Source of the DNA: Vicugna vicugna
Taxonomy: Eukaryota
Reading direction: 5' to 3'
Assembly (NCBI GenBank): GCA_013265495.1
Contig: MU057640.1
Span: 62,001-126,000 of the forward strand
Length of the DNA stretch: 64,000 nt
Shown piece by piece: positions 40,252 through 51,249 of the stretch (its first letter is position 1; the number at the start of each line of letters is the position of its first letter). The translations under genes and the position numbers were made by a program. A model generated the notes under the pieces. It was not told the origin of the DNA, searched no databases, and saw nothing but the letters and a program-made list of their open reading frames with translations.

Positions 40252-40392
40252 GACCTCATAGTTGACCAGACAATAGAAAAAGTTTCTTTCTGTGCCCCAG
40301 ATAGGAACTTCGATAGAGCCTTCTCTTACATATGTCGTGATGGCACAACTCGGCGCTGGATCTGTCATTGCTTCATGGCTGTCAAGGACACG
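40252..40392 (+). CDS. NUMB: NUMB coding exon ([47 protein letters not shown]), 141 nt
   Basis: Acceptor cctcttctag, donor gtgagt; PTB core. Confidence 0.98.
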
Positions 40393-41214
40393 GTGAGTCC
40401 GTCAGTGTGGATTTCATCATGACTAGCCTCAGTTCACCAAGCTCCTTTCGAATTGGCTCAGCCAAGCAATTTCCACATTTTTAATAAGTATGTGCTGTTT
40501 CAGCACTTGGAACTCTCTAAACTAGCTTGCTTTCCCACCTTTTATTCAAGTAGTTCAGTAGTTCACACTCTTGGTGCAACCCTGCAGCTCACAGAACAAG
40601 ATCATTGGCTGAGATCCAGGGTCATTAAAGGAAAGTGAAAGTGCTCTGGTGACCATGGCTGCTAAACTTTATTTGAAACTTTTCATTATTAGAACAATTT
40701 TCAAGATTCTTACATGTATTTGTTTACTGACTCATCTGGGTATAAGATACTGGCATTTGAAAGGTACTTATAAATTCATTTGCAGAGAGACTCTACCACA
40801 AATGAAAGAACTGAGTTGGAGTATATTTTCAATTAATTAAAAAAAATAGAAATACTAAATTATGGTACAGTGAACTCTGCTACAAACTGCTACATAGCAG
40901 AAATTTGGGGATTTGTTTAAAAATAGAGAATAATCTATAATCTATCACCCTTCATATAAATTATCCAAAATTCTGACATAAAGGCAAGTCTCTTAGATGA
41001 TGATGATCTTAACCATAGTATAGTATTGAGTGTGTAATTTCTGAGTATTTAAAAGTCCAAACAGAGTAAGGCAGTGTAGCCATTCATGAAGGCTACAGCT
41101 CAATAAAGCCTTGCCAAGGCTTCACCTGGAAGGTGAGCATTTTTAAGAGTATGGTGGCCATACTCTAAACTTGACCAAAAGGTTTTCTTAAAGCTCTTGG
41201 AGAGAGTTGTGTAA

Positions 41215-41440
41215 ACAAATATTATGAACTCAGCTTCTGAATCAAATATGATTCCAGTCCTCATTCTGGTTCTTACCAGCTGTGGGATTTGGGGCGAGTT
41301 TTTTAACATTTTCTGTCTTCATGTCTTTTTCCATAAGATGGAGGTAACAGTTGTTAAGACTAAATTAGGTAGCGAGGATAAGCACTCTTAGCACAGAGGC
41401 TGATCCACAGTAACTGCTCCAAAATTGTGATTGGTATTGT
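41215..41440 (+). mobile_element. MIR SINE
   Basis: ttcttaccagctgtgggatttggggcgagtttttaac...aagatggaggtaacag...cttagcacagaggctgatccacagtaactgctc. Confidence 0.65.
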
Positions 41441-43108
41441 TAAAGCTGCTCCTCCTTGGTTTGACCAAGTGATTTGAGAATGAGCTGAAGTAACTATGCT
41501 TTCTTCCTCTGTCTGTCAGACCTTAAGTAAGCCACAAAGCAGCGTATTTTGCTATCACTACACTCAAAACCCAAAGAGTTAGAGAGCTTCACTATGTTAA
41601 TTTTAAAACCATTTTGTTGTCAAATGCTGGTCCTTCAGGCTATCTGACTGTCCTTGGCCAGTGATTCTCCTGTATCAGAATCACCAGGAGAACTTGTTTA
41701 AACACCCCCAGAGTTTTTCATTCAGTGCATCTAGGGTAGAGCTTGAGGGGGTCTGTCTTTAAGAACTGTTGTAAGACCTAGGAGAAATAATAAGCTTCCT
41801 TGACCTAAAGTTCTGTCCTTGTAATAGAGCTGTGTTCAAATGCAGACAGGTTCTAAAATTCTTTTGGTACTCTCTCCTGTTTCATGCTTCAATGCCTACC
41901 CTTTTATCCTAAGAAGTTAGATGGAAACTCATGTGGATTCATAAAGAGTAAGTCTGTTAGTCTTTAAATAAGCAGTCATGTGAGATTTTACAGTTTACAG
42001 TCATGTGAAATCTTAGGGACAAAGCATCTCAGAAATTACCTCTCCTTATGCTATCTGATATTGGCATATAAAATCCAGGGAAATTACTGACTCAGAGCCA
42101 TATGTAGCAGCAGCTGCACACAATGTGATTTTGGAAACTCCACAAAGGGCTCCCTGTTCTCAAATATCTCCTCACTGTGAATGATGCCAACAGTTATTAT
42201 ATCATCTCTAACTTTTTTATTCCATAATTAGGGATATAGTTTAAAATACAGATAACCCTAGTAAAAATAATCTGCTGAATTTATTAAATTTACTCTAGGT
42301 AATCCCGTGTATCTTTAAACCAATATTTGGTTTGTATAAGCCCTCCTGTCAAATACAAACAAACTGAGTTTATCTGTTTAATTCCTTTGTAAGTAGAAAG
42401 TGTGGATGAAAACATGCTTTAACTTCCACCTGTGTGTGATAGGGAGGTAGAAGTGGAGTTAGAGGTACAAGAGGAGAGGGAAGCTATGGGGAAGAGCCTG
42501 CAAGCCCTGAGGGTCCAAGCAAGGCAGGGGGAAACATCAGGAAGGGGAGATGGAGAAAGCTAAGGTTTTCTCTGCCTGATTCCCTTCTCATCGCTGGAGT
42601 TGCATTTATTTATCTGAAGTTTTAAGTTTGCACCTTTTGTTCCTAGACATGTTGACAGTATTTAAGCTCCGAAATTTGCCCTGCCTCTCCAGTGGTTTCT
42701 TAGAAATGCTTGGTAAATACTCCCACCATTCCCCTAAATGACAAATAGAAGTTTGCGTATCAAGACTTAGGGCTTGGAACCTTGAGCAGTGTCCTCTCAG
42801 CTGGTGGCCAGAGCTAATACGAGTGACAGAGGGAGCCTGACTAATAAAGAGGTGTCTGTGGCTGCTCACAAAGCACAGGTCACTGATGGTCGCTTTACCA
42901 GTGCCTACTACAGTGAAGGATCATAAGCATTACCTAAGGTAATTACTCATTTAAATTAATTTGGCATGTTAATTTACTAAAGTCTAATTTTAAGCTGGAG
43001 TTCCTAACATTTTTCCACGTGTGAAAACAGACTTATTTATGGTCCAAGCTGACTTGTAGTTGTTGACACCATAACTCTTAAGTTTTTTAAACCTTCTGTT
43101 ATATACAG

Positions 43109-43313
43109 GGTGAAAGGCTGAGCCATGCAGTGGGCTGTGCTTTTGCAGCCTGTTTAGAACGGAAGCAAAAGCGGGAGAAGGAATGTGGAGTGACAGCTAC
43201 TTTTGATGCCAGTCGGACCACTTTCACAAGAGAAGGATCATTCCGTGTCACAACAGCCACCGAGCAAGCAGAAAGAGAGGAGATTATGAAACAAATCCAG
43301 GATGCCAAGAAAG
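43109..43313 (+). CDS. NUMB: NUMB coding exon ([20 protein letters not shown]...[12 protein letters not shown]), 205 nt, phase 0/1
   Basis: Acceptor atatacag, donor gtacaa; PTB C-terminal helix; overlaps ORF 43130..43528. Confidence 0.98.
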
Positions 43314-43549
43314 GTACAATCTGTTCTACTATGATGTATGTTTATTTAAATAGTTTTTCCCAACAGGTTAATATTTGGAAGCTATCAGGGGCAAGCTTTT
43401 TCACAGAGAGAATTCCTACTGGTACATATGAAGACCTTCAGAACACAGCTGAAAATCTAAACAAAGTCCTTTCTTTCAGAGTGATTTGTCTAGTAGCTTC
43501 AAAGTGTCTACTCTTTCCATTACGTTAAGCTACCAGGAAAACTACTGGG

Positions 43550-43790
43550 AAGAGTGCAGTTGAAGAAGCTGCAGAGACATTTAAAAGCAAAATTGGGAAA
43601 ACTTACCTCCTGGAACAGATGTTTAATTCTCATGCATCTGATCTCTGTGAGAAGCAAATGCTTCCAAGGACCTACATCTTGAAGGAGGAAGTGCAAGTCC
43701 CAGGTTTAGGCTGCAGAGGACCCTCTGACGGTGACGCCAGGTATAAGTGGAGGCAGAGGTTTCTCAGTGATACTCCTCTTGGATTATTAC
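43550..43790 (+). mobile_element. Degenerate Tigger/pogo transposase fragment
   Basis: Translation MFNSHASDLCEKQMLPRTYILKEEVQVPG resembles the pogo/Tigger DDE motif FNxDETGLFWKxMPxRTYIxKEExxAPG. Confidence 0.55.
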
Positions 43791-45030
43791 TATTTTTCAG
43801 TGTTCTAGTGAGAAAAGTCCACAGATTTGAGAAGCTAGCCCCTAACTCATTTTTCCATGGCCCCATTAATTTTAGTACGTGGTTTTGCAGAATGTGAGTG
43901 TTTTCAGGTGCCCATGGCAGCAGAGCAGAAACGCCCCTACAGGTGTTCAGGTTGCTCAGGAGCTGCTGTCTGGAGTTGGGTCGGGCATACTTAGAGCTGA
44001 GGGATAGGGCCTAGGGGGAGTGCTTCGGTTTCTTGTGTAGAACTAGGGTTGAAACCAACAAGGAATATTTTGGATTTAAACAGTTCAGTTTAAATGTACA
44101 TTAATGTAATTTTGCTAGGTTTTTTTTTAATTCTAAACTAGCCATTTTAGATAATATCATTAATCTAATACTGACCCAAACAGCTCTAATTTTTTTAAGC
44201 CACAAAGATCCATATTTTTATTTGAAACTAAACAATTGATTATGATTTGTTTCCATTTCTTATAAACATTTGTGCCAGAATACCAAAGAATAAAAAACAT
44301 GCTGTTTTAATTAGAAAATGTAATATGTGTAGCTGTTACTTAGTGTGCTTCAGTGATTTTTCAGACGGATTTTAATACCACCAAATAATACGTTTTGTTG
44401 CCAAGATTGTTGAGTCCTGACATCTAACGGGATTGCAAGGGGAGAGGAGTTGATCAGAATGGGACTCACATGAAAACAGTCTTGTATTTAAGTTTACTCC
44501 AGTTTAAATTTTTACTTCTGTATGCTTTTATTCAAATGAGCCACAAACACATATTGTCCATGATTTGAAGTCTACTTTGGGGCATTCTTTAACATCTAGT
44601 CAAACTTATGCTTGTTTAGATCTTTCTGACTTTGCCACTCCCGAAGTCCTCTCCCCCAAACAAGCAAGCAAACAGACATTGAAAACTATGAACCATCATT
44701 CTTTAAAAGACCTCACATTAGAAGTTCATAGGTTCTATTTTGTTTTTTTTTAAATCTTGTTCAAAGTCTTATGTTATAAATCACTGCATGGGAACCAAAG
44801 ATCTAATATTCATATCTTGGTAGATATATTATACCATGTACCATGTAGTAGATTATTAAACCTTTTATTTGTCTGAAAAATAGGAGATCTGATCTGCTTA
44901 TAACCTATCTTTTAAGAGATATGGGGAAGGAGATGGGTAAAAGGACCTAGGAGGGTTTGTTAGTTACTCAGCTGTTTAAGCCAGATTATTTGAAAGCTTT
45001 GCTAAGGTCCCTTCTCTTGACTTTCTTGAG

Positions 45031-45324
45031 CTGAAACAGATAAGACACTTGTTGGTTCATCGGTGGCCCCTGGCAACACTGTCCCATCCCCATCCTCTCC
45101 CTCCTCTCCCACTTCGGATGCCTCTGCCTCTCTGGAGATGAACAATCCTCATGCCATCCCACGCCGGCACGCACCAATTGAACAACTTGCTCGCCAAGGA
45201 TCTTTCAGAGGATTTCCTGCTCTTAGCCAGAAGATGTCACCCTTTAAACGCCAACTATCCCTGCGCATCAACGAGTTGCCTTCCACTATGCAGAGGAAGA
45301 CTGATTTCCCCATAAAAAATGCAG
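45031..45324 (+). CDS. NUMB: NUMB coding exon (AETDKTLVGSSVAPG...RQGSFRGFPALSQKMSPFKRQLSLRINELPSTMQRKTDFPIKNA), 294 nt, phase 1/1
   Basis: Acceptor ctttcttgag, donor gtaatg; NumbF region with the RQGSF and RQLSL phospho-motifs. Confidence 0.97.
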
Positions 45325-46473
45325 GTAATGCAGCACCCACTTAACTCACTGGGTGCTCTGGCACTGAAGCGTTGTCATCACTTCCAATGGAGACACTAAT
45401 CCCACTGAACTAGCCACCCCTCTCTCTCTCTGAGGCTGGCTGATGGTTGTACATATCTTGTGTTATTTCCCATTGAGAGAAAACTGAGGCTCACGGAGGG
45501 GGATGTGCGTCATTCATTTCTCTTCAACAAGTAGGTAACAGCCATGATGGGAATTAATAGCCTGAGGTTTGTGGTTTGTCCTGATGAAAGTGTACCTGCT
45601 TCCAAACATCAGGGGTCTCAAGTTTCCACCCTCATTCTGCCATTTGGGACCCAGCAGGGAATTAATTTAAAAGGCTTTGGAAACACATCCAGGTAAAAAG
45701 CATTACTGTCAGATGTGCCAGAAGAAATGGATAAGTTCTCTTTGTCCTTGTGGCTGGTTGGCTCCATAGGGAAGAAACTCTAAACGGGTCTCCTGTATAA
45801 ATCTGAGACCTGTTGTTCATCAGAGACAGTGGGCTTGCTCATACATACCATTACCTTTCAGAACTGCCACACAGGCCTTTGTGCGGCCCCTGTGCAGCCG
45901 AGCCAGCCCCAGTAGCTCTATCCTCATCATACAATCCGGAGCTAAGTGTCACATCTAGCCAGGGCTTTTATTCGGCCCTGTTTTACTTCACTCTGAGATG
46001 TGCTGAACCAGTGCTGTAACAGAATATGAGGAAGCTGTGTCTCAGTAGGGCACTCCTACTGATGATGGTACAAAAAGTACGGAGAGTTAAGTTTGCTGAT
46101 GGATAAGACTAGGCCTAAAGAACAGTTGGACGAGATTTTATTCCTGTAAAAACTGAAACTATGGCTGCTTCAAGTACCTTGTTTTCAGTCTCCCTCTGGA
46201 GCAGATGGGAAACAAAAACTATTACTGTCTTTTCACAGTTGAGCAAACAGAGGTTCAGCACATATAATTAGCTTCCTCCATGACACAGAGTATCCCGGGG
46301 TCAATATTAAGAACAAAGCCTCTGGAGTTCTGGACCTCGGTTCACTTTTTCATGTTATCTCAGTTCATGTACTTGGTACTTTGGAGAAAAATCAGAGTGA
46401 TGACATTGTCATAGTTTATTATAGGGAAAAGGACTGAGCATCCACTGGTGCCCCTGACTCTAACTTATTTTCT

Positions 46474-46608
46474 TGGGGAGAGGGTGTAGCTCAGTAGTAG
46501 AGCATGTGCTTGGTGTACACGAGGTCCTGGGTTCAATCCCCAGTACCTCCATTAAAATAAATAAATAAATAAACCTAATTAACCAACCCCCCCCCCCCCC
46601 CATTTTTT
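46474..46608 (+). mobile_element. tRNA-derived SINE (camelid Vic-1-like), sense orientation
   Basis: ggggagagggtgtagctcagtagtagagcatgtgc...gaggtcctgggttcaatccccagtacctcc, then (aaat)n and a C-run; TSD taact(t/c)attttct at 46461-46473 and 46609-46621. Confidence 0.92.
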
Positions 46609-47060
46609 TAACTCATTTTCTGACAAGAGTCACCAAAAGGCTTCAACTTTAACTTAGACCACAGCCTTGGAAACTGGTTGGAGGACAAACAGGTTGCAGA
46701 TGTCTTCCAGAAAGATCTTGCTAACTTGGCACAAAGATCTTGAACATCCTAGCACAAAAAGAAAACAGGTTCTGAACAGTATCACACAGGAGAGGAAAAG
46801 AAACCTGGGGATTTCCAAGGGAGGAAGATAGACTTAGTACATGAATTGTTAGTCATTTTGTATTTTCTTGTGGAAGTCAGTGGATAGTAGTCACTAAGGT
46901 TTTTGAAGCTGCTTTTATAGCCCCACAGCCCCACCTGACAATTGAGACTTTTCTTTCTACAAATAAAAGATGCAGTATAAAATGCCACCTTGCATCATAC
47001 TGCTCTGTTTGAGGATCGTTCAGTTTTCCTCTCTGGACCTGTCTTCCGTTTGTCTTGCAG

Positions 47061-47210
47061 TGCCGGAGGCGGAAGGGGAGGCGGAGAGCATCAGCTCCCT
47101 GTGCTCACAGATCACCAGTGCCTTCAGCACGCCCTCTGAGGACCCCTTTTCATCCGCCCCAATGACCAAACCAGTGACAGTGGTGGCACCACAGTCTCCT
47201 GCCTTTCAAG
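47061..47210 (+). CDS. NUMB: NUMB coding exon (VPEAEGEAESISSLCSQITSAFSTPSEDPFSSAPMTKPVTVVAPQSPAFQ), 150 nt, phase 1/1
   Basis: Acceptor tgtcttgcag, donor gttggt; contains the first DPF motif. Confidence 0.97.
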
Positions 47211-47592
47211 GTTGGTGCCCGTTTAGCCTGCTCAACTGTTCTCTTTGAAACTAGTACTTCTATGACACTGCTCACTAACTGTAAGTTGGCATCCTGAGTT
47301 TCCCAAGAGCTGGTCAGACCCACTAATTCCCCTGTTTGGTATTATCTCAGATTCATTAATTTCCCTTTCCGACAGCGTCTTTGTGCTCAGTTCCCCTTCC
47401 TGTTTCCTGAGATGTGTGCATTTGTCATTTTGCACGTACCTCCCCATCTTTCATCCCATTCTATTCAGGAGCTTCTGTAGTCCCAACCCACTGCTTTACT
47501 TGCTACTTAACTGTTAAGAGTCAAGTATCCAGCCAGTTCTCCAGAAACAAACAGTCATGAGAATTGGTTCTAGCAGTATGCTTTCTTTAGCA

Positions 47593-47814
47593 CAGTGGTT
47601 CTCAACCTGGGATGATTTTGCCCCTTGGGGAAAATTCGGCATTCATTGTTTGGAGACATTTTGGGGTTTTGCAGTTCGGTAGGGGGTGATTACTCCTGAC
47701 ATCTGGGTGGAGGCCAGGGATGCCACTAAACATCTTTCAGCGTACACAGTAGCCACCCTCACAACAAAGAACTCTGGCCCAAAATATCAGTGGTGCCAAG
47801 ATTGAGAAGCCCTG
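47593..47814 (+). mobile_element. MER20 (hAT-Charlie)
   Basis: cagtggttctcaacc...gattttgcccc...ggagacatttt...ggtggaggccagggatgc...gccaagattgagaagccctg. Confidence 0.85.
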
Positions 47815-48259
47815 TACTCACTCAAGTCTCTACACTCTGTCACAAGAGGCTCATAAAGAAAAAGGCACTTCTATTGGCCCTTTGACTCATTTCATCTTCT
47901 ATTACAAGTGTCCTAGAATTAGCCTTTGTGGCATTGAAGAGTTACTAAAAGTTGTTGTTTTCAGAGGTACTGAATTAATGGTTGGTATTGGCTCAAAGGT
48001 CAGCAAAGAGTCTGTATAACTTAAATTATAGACTTTTAGAATTTGAGCTCCTATAATTGTTGTTTCTTCATTTCTTTCTAGAAAGAGCTCAGAAAAAGTT
48101 TTGCTGTGGAGACAGAACCCTGCTCCTATTGGAGGAAGCTACAAAATGCTTTTCCTCCAGGAGGGAGTCTCTTATAAAAAAAAAAAATCCTTAATAATCA
48201 TGTGCACCAAGTGGCTTTTCATTTTATCTGACAAGTATTTATAATACCAATAGTCATAG

Positions 48260-48445
48260 GCACAGTTTATTGGGCACTTAGCACAGTGTCTGCCCACATA
48301 CACCACGCTAAAGAGTCATGCATCTTCTCATCTCATTTAATCCCCACAGCAACCCTTTGAGGTAGGCATCACAGATGAGGAAAATGAAAAATGGGGCTCA
48401 GAGAGGTTAAGTAAATTGTCCAAATTGCACAGCCAGGATTTAAAC
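48260..48445 (-). mobile_element. MIR SINE
   Basis: tctcatttaatccccacagcaaccctttgaggtagg...acagatgagg...gctcagagaggttaagtaaattgtccaa. Confidence 0.75.
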
Positions 48446-49464
48446 TTTTCTAAATGTAGTTCTTGTTATACTCTACTGACTCGGTGCCTATTTACAGGGA
48501 AATGGGTGTACAAAACTGAGTAGGATATAGTCCTTTCCCTGCCTTTAAGGGACTCTCAGTCTGTGGGTGAGCTAGACTTTTAGACAAGCCCTGGGTGAGT
48601 AGCAGCAATGCAGTAAGCATGGTTGCCCAGCCCTAAAGATGGAATGATTATAGTATAGGGCAGGGGAAGGTGCCTGCTCACCTGCTCCATACTGAATACA
48701 GAGAGCTGAGCCTAAGGAGTAGAAACTGGTGCGATGGATGTCTGGAGTAAAGGAGCAAGAATTAGGAGATTTTAATAAAGGGAGACAGGAAAAAGTAGTA
48801 GACACACTGAGATATTATGAACATTACTGAAGCGAAAAAATCACTAAAAACGAGAGATGAAATTAATTCTGTAGCAAATTAGAAAATTATTAAGCAAATT
48901 AAAACATATACCAAGTTTGATTTCTCATCTGTAATATGGGGATAATACCAGCCTTACAGGGTTTTTGAGAGAGTTAAATGAGATGGCACACACTAAATTA
49001 CTGTCAGCATAGTACCTAGCATGTAATAAGGAATGACTGTATTTGACTTAACCATCATTGTTATTATTGGCATAATAATAACAATGGTAGGAAAAGAAGA
49101 TATTTTATCTCCACCATCATGCCAAAGGCTAAGCTATATCCATAATAGTTAGCTTGTAAAACAAAGCAGCTCTGTTCAACTTCATTTGAAATTGTTTTTC
49201 TAGTCTTCATTTCCTCTCTGCTGATACGCATTTTCCTAGAAGAGTCATTTAACTGTATCACTACAGCCATTTTAATTACAATCTCTGATTCCCTCTTTGC
49301 CAAAAGGTGTATCCACTGCAGATGGCATGGTTATCTCAGAGCCAGCTTCTATGTCTTATCTCTCCTACCAGTATTGCACATTGGCCTGACTGACCCAGCT
49401 CCAAGGGATCGCCCGTACACCCTGCATGAATTAACCCCATTGATGTTGTCTGCTCCCATTGTAG

Positions 49465-49611
49465 CTAATGGCACTGACTCAGCCTTCCATGTGCTTGCTG
49501 CTAAGCCAGCCCATACTGCTCTAGCACCCGTAGCAATGCCTGTGCGTGAAACCAACCCTTGGGCCTATGCCCCTGATGCTGCTAACAAGGGAATTGCAGC
49601 CACACGTTCGG
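49465..49611 (+). CDS. NUMB: NUMB alternative PRR-insert exon (ANGTDSAFHVLAAKPAHTALAPVAMPVRETNPWAYAPDAANKGIAATRS), 147 nt, phase 1/1
   Basis: Acceptor ctgctcccattgtag, donor gtaagg; the known cassette exon (coding exon 9 / gene exon 12). Confidence 0.96.
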
Positions 49612-50533
49612 GTAAGGTGGCCACAGAAGGTGGTGAGGATTCTGGGATCAGATAAGTGACCCTGGTTTGAAAATCAGCCATTTACCTGAGTGGGAACCAG
49701 GGAGGAGTCCTTCTAGGAAAAGTATGTTCCTGTTGGAAATAAACCTTGTTCCAAAAAACCTCACTGGAAATAAACCTTAAAACAGGATGGTGAAGGAGAG
49801 GAACTAAAGAGGTGAGACTGATAGTTCTTAGGTCTGCAGAACCAACCATAGAGCATTCATACCATGCAAACTCCTGGGTCCTCCCTCGAGAGTATCACTG
49901 GATTTGGATCCCTGGACGTGCCTGTAGGAAAAGAGGACCCTGCCTCCTACAGTGGCAGGGCTACAAAAAAGAAAAAGTCATATTTGCCTTTCTGTACTTT
50001 CTAGTTCTTTTATAATGAACATTTATTAACAAACAACGTTTCTAAGTAGCAAAAAAGGCAGTTCACCAGAAAGACATCTGTCTGGAAACCATACAGGGGC
50101 CACAAGGTACGGCATCAAGTCACTGGTTATTTTCTTTTCATTCTGTTAGTGCAGAAGGTGAACCCCTTGGGCCATTTAGAGTAAGTGCAAGCTGGTTTCT
50201 AGACCATGGATGAGCCGCAGCAATGGGGGGTCGGGGGGTGGTTTCTGACGCCAGCCGGTCACCTTGGTATGATGAGGTTGAGTGTATCTAGACAGCTCCT
50301 CAGCGTGGCTGAGATGTGCCACATGGTCTCACGGGTTCTCCCTGTCCTCCCCCTGATCTCAGCTATGACTAGAGTAGGGACGAGAGACATTCCTCCCACC
50401 TCCCAAAGCCACAGCATATCCCAGTGGGGGCTCATTCCACATGTTAGGATCATTCGAATAACCAAGGCTATCAAGTGAAGAAAGAAGCCACTAAAGACTC
50501 TGATTCTTTTTTCTCTCTTCCTCTTGTTTCTAG

Positions 50534-51249
50534 GGACCGAGTGGGGTCAATCTTCTGGTGCTGTTTCTCCAGGTCTCTTCCAGGCTGGTCACAGACGCAC
50601 TCCCTCTGAGGCCGACCGCTGGTTGGAAGAGGTGTCCAAGAGTGTCCGGGCTCAGCAGCCCCAGGCCTCACCTGCCCCGCTGCAGCCAGTTCTCCAGCCT
50701 CCTCCACCCACTGCCATCTCCCAGCCGGTGCCACCTTTCCAAGGAAATGCATTCCTCCCCTCTCAGCCCGTGCCAGTGGGTGTGGTCCCACCCCTGCAGC
50801 CAGCCTTTGTCCCTGCCCAGTCCTATCCTGTGGCTAACGGGATGCCCTATCCAGCCCCTAATGTGCCTGTGGTGGGCATCACTCCCTCCCAGATGGTCGC
50901 CAACGTGTTTGGCACTGCAGGCCACCCACAGGCTGCCCAGCCGCATCCATCTCCCGGCCTGGTCAAGCAGCAGACATTCCCTCAGTATGAGACAAGCAGT
51001 GCTACTGCCAGTCCCTTCTTCAAGCCTCCTGCTCAGCACCTCAACGGTTCTGCGGCTTTCAATGGCGTAGATGATGGCAGGTTGGCCTCGGGAGACAGGC
51101 ACACCGAGGCTCCTGCATGCAGCTGCCCGGTGGATCCTTTCGAAGCCCAGTGGGCTGCGTTAGAGAGCAAGTCCAAGCAGCGTACCAACCCCTCCCCCAC
51201 CAACCCCTTCTCCAGTGACTTGCAGAAGACTTTTGAAATCGAACTTTAA
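50534..51249 (+). CDS. NUMB: NUMB last coding exon (GTEWGQSS...VDPFEAQW...TNPFSSDLQKTFEIEL*)
   Basis: Acceptor cttgtttctag; ORF 50524..51249; C-terminal DPF and NPF endocytic motifs; TAA at 51247-51249. Confidence 0.99.

Noticed and set aside
3606..46608. tRNA-like sequences with A and B boxes
   Set aside because: They carry A-rich tails and TSDs and lack an intact cloverleaf, so they are SINEs, not tRNA genes.
50265..50360. Possible C/D-box snoRNA (ATGATGA at 50269, CTGA at 50309 and 50353)
   Set aside because: No terminal stem and no recognisable rRNA/snRNA guide; the boxes are short enough to occur by chance. An Rfam/snoscan search would settle it.
50471..51102. Alternative-frame and antisense ORFs (106-170 aa) over the last NUMB exon
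   Set aside because: Expected shadows of a GC-rich, Pro-rich coding exon.
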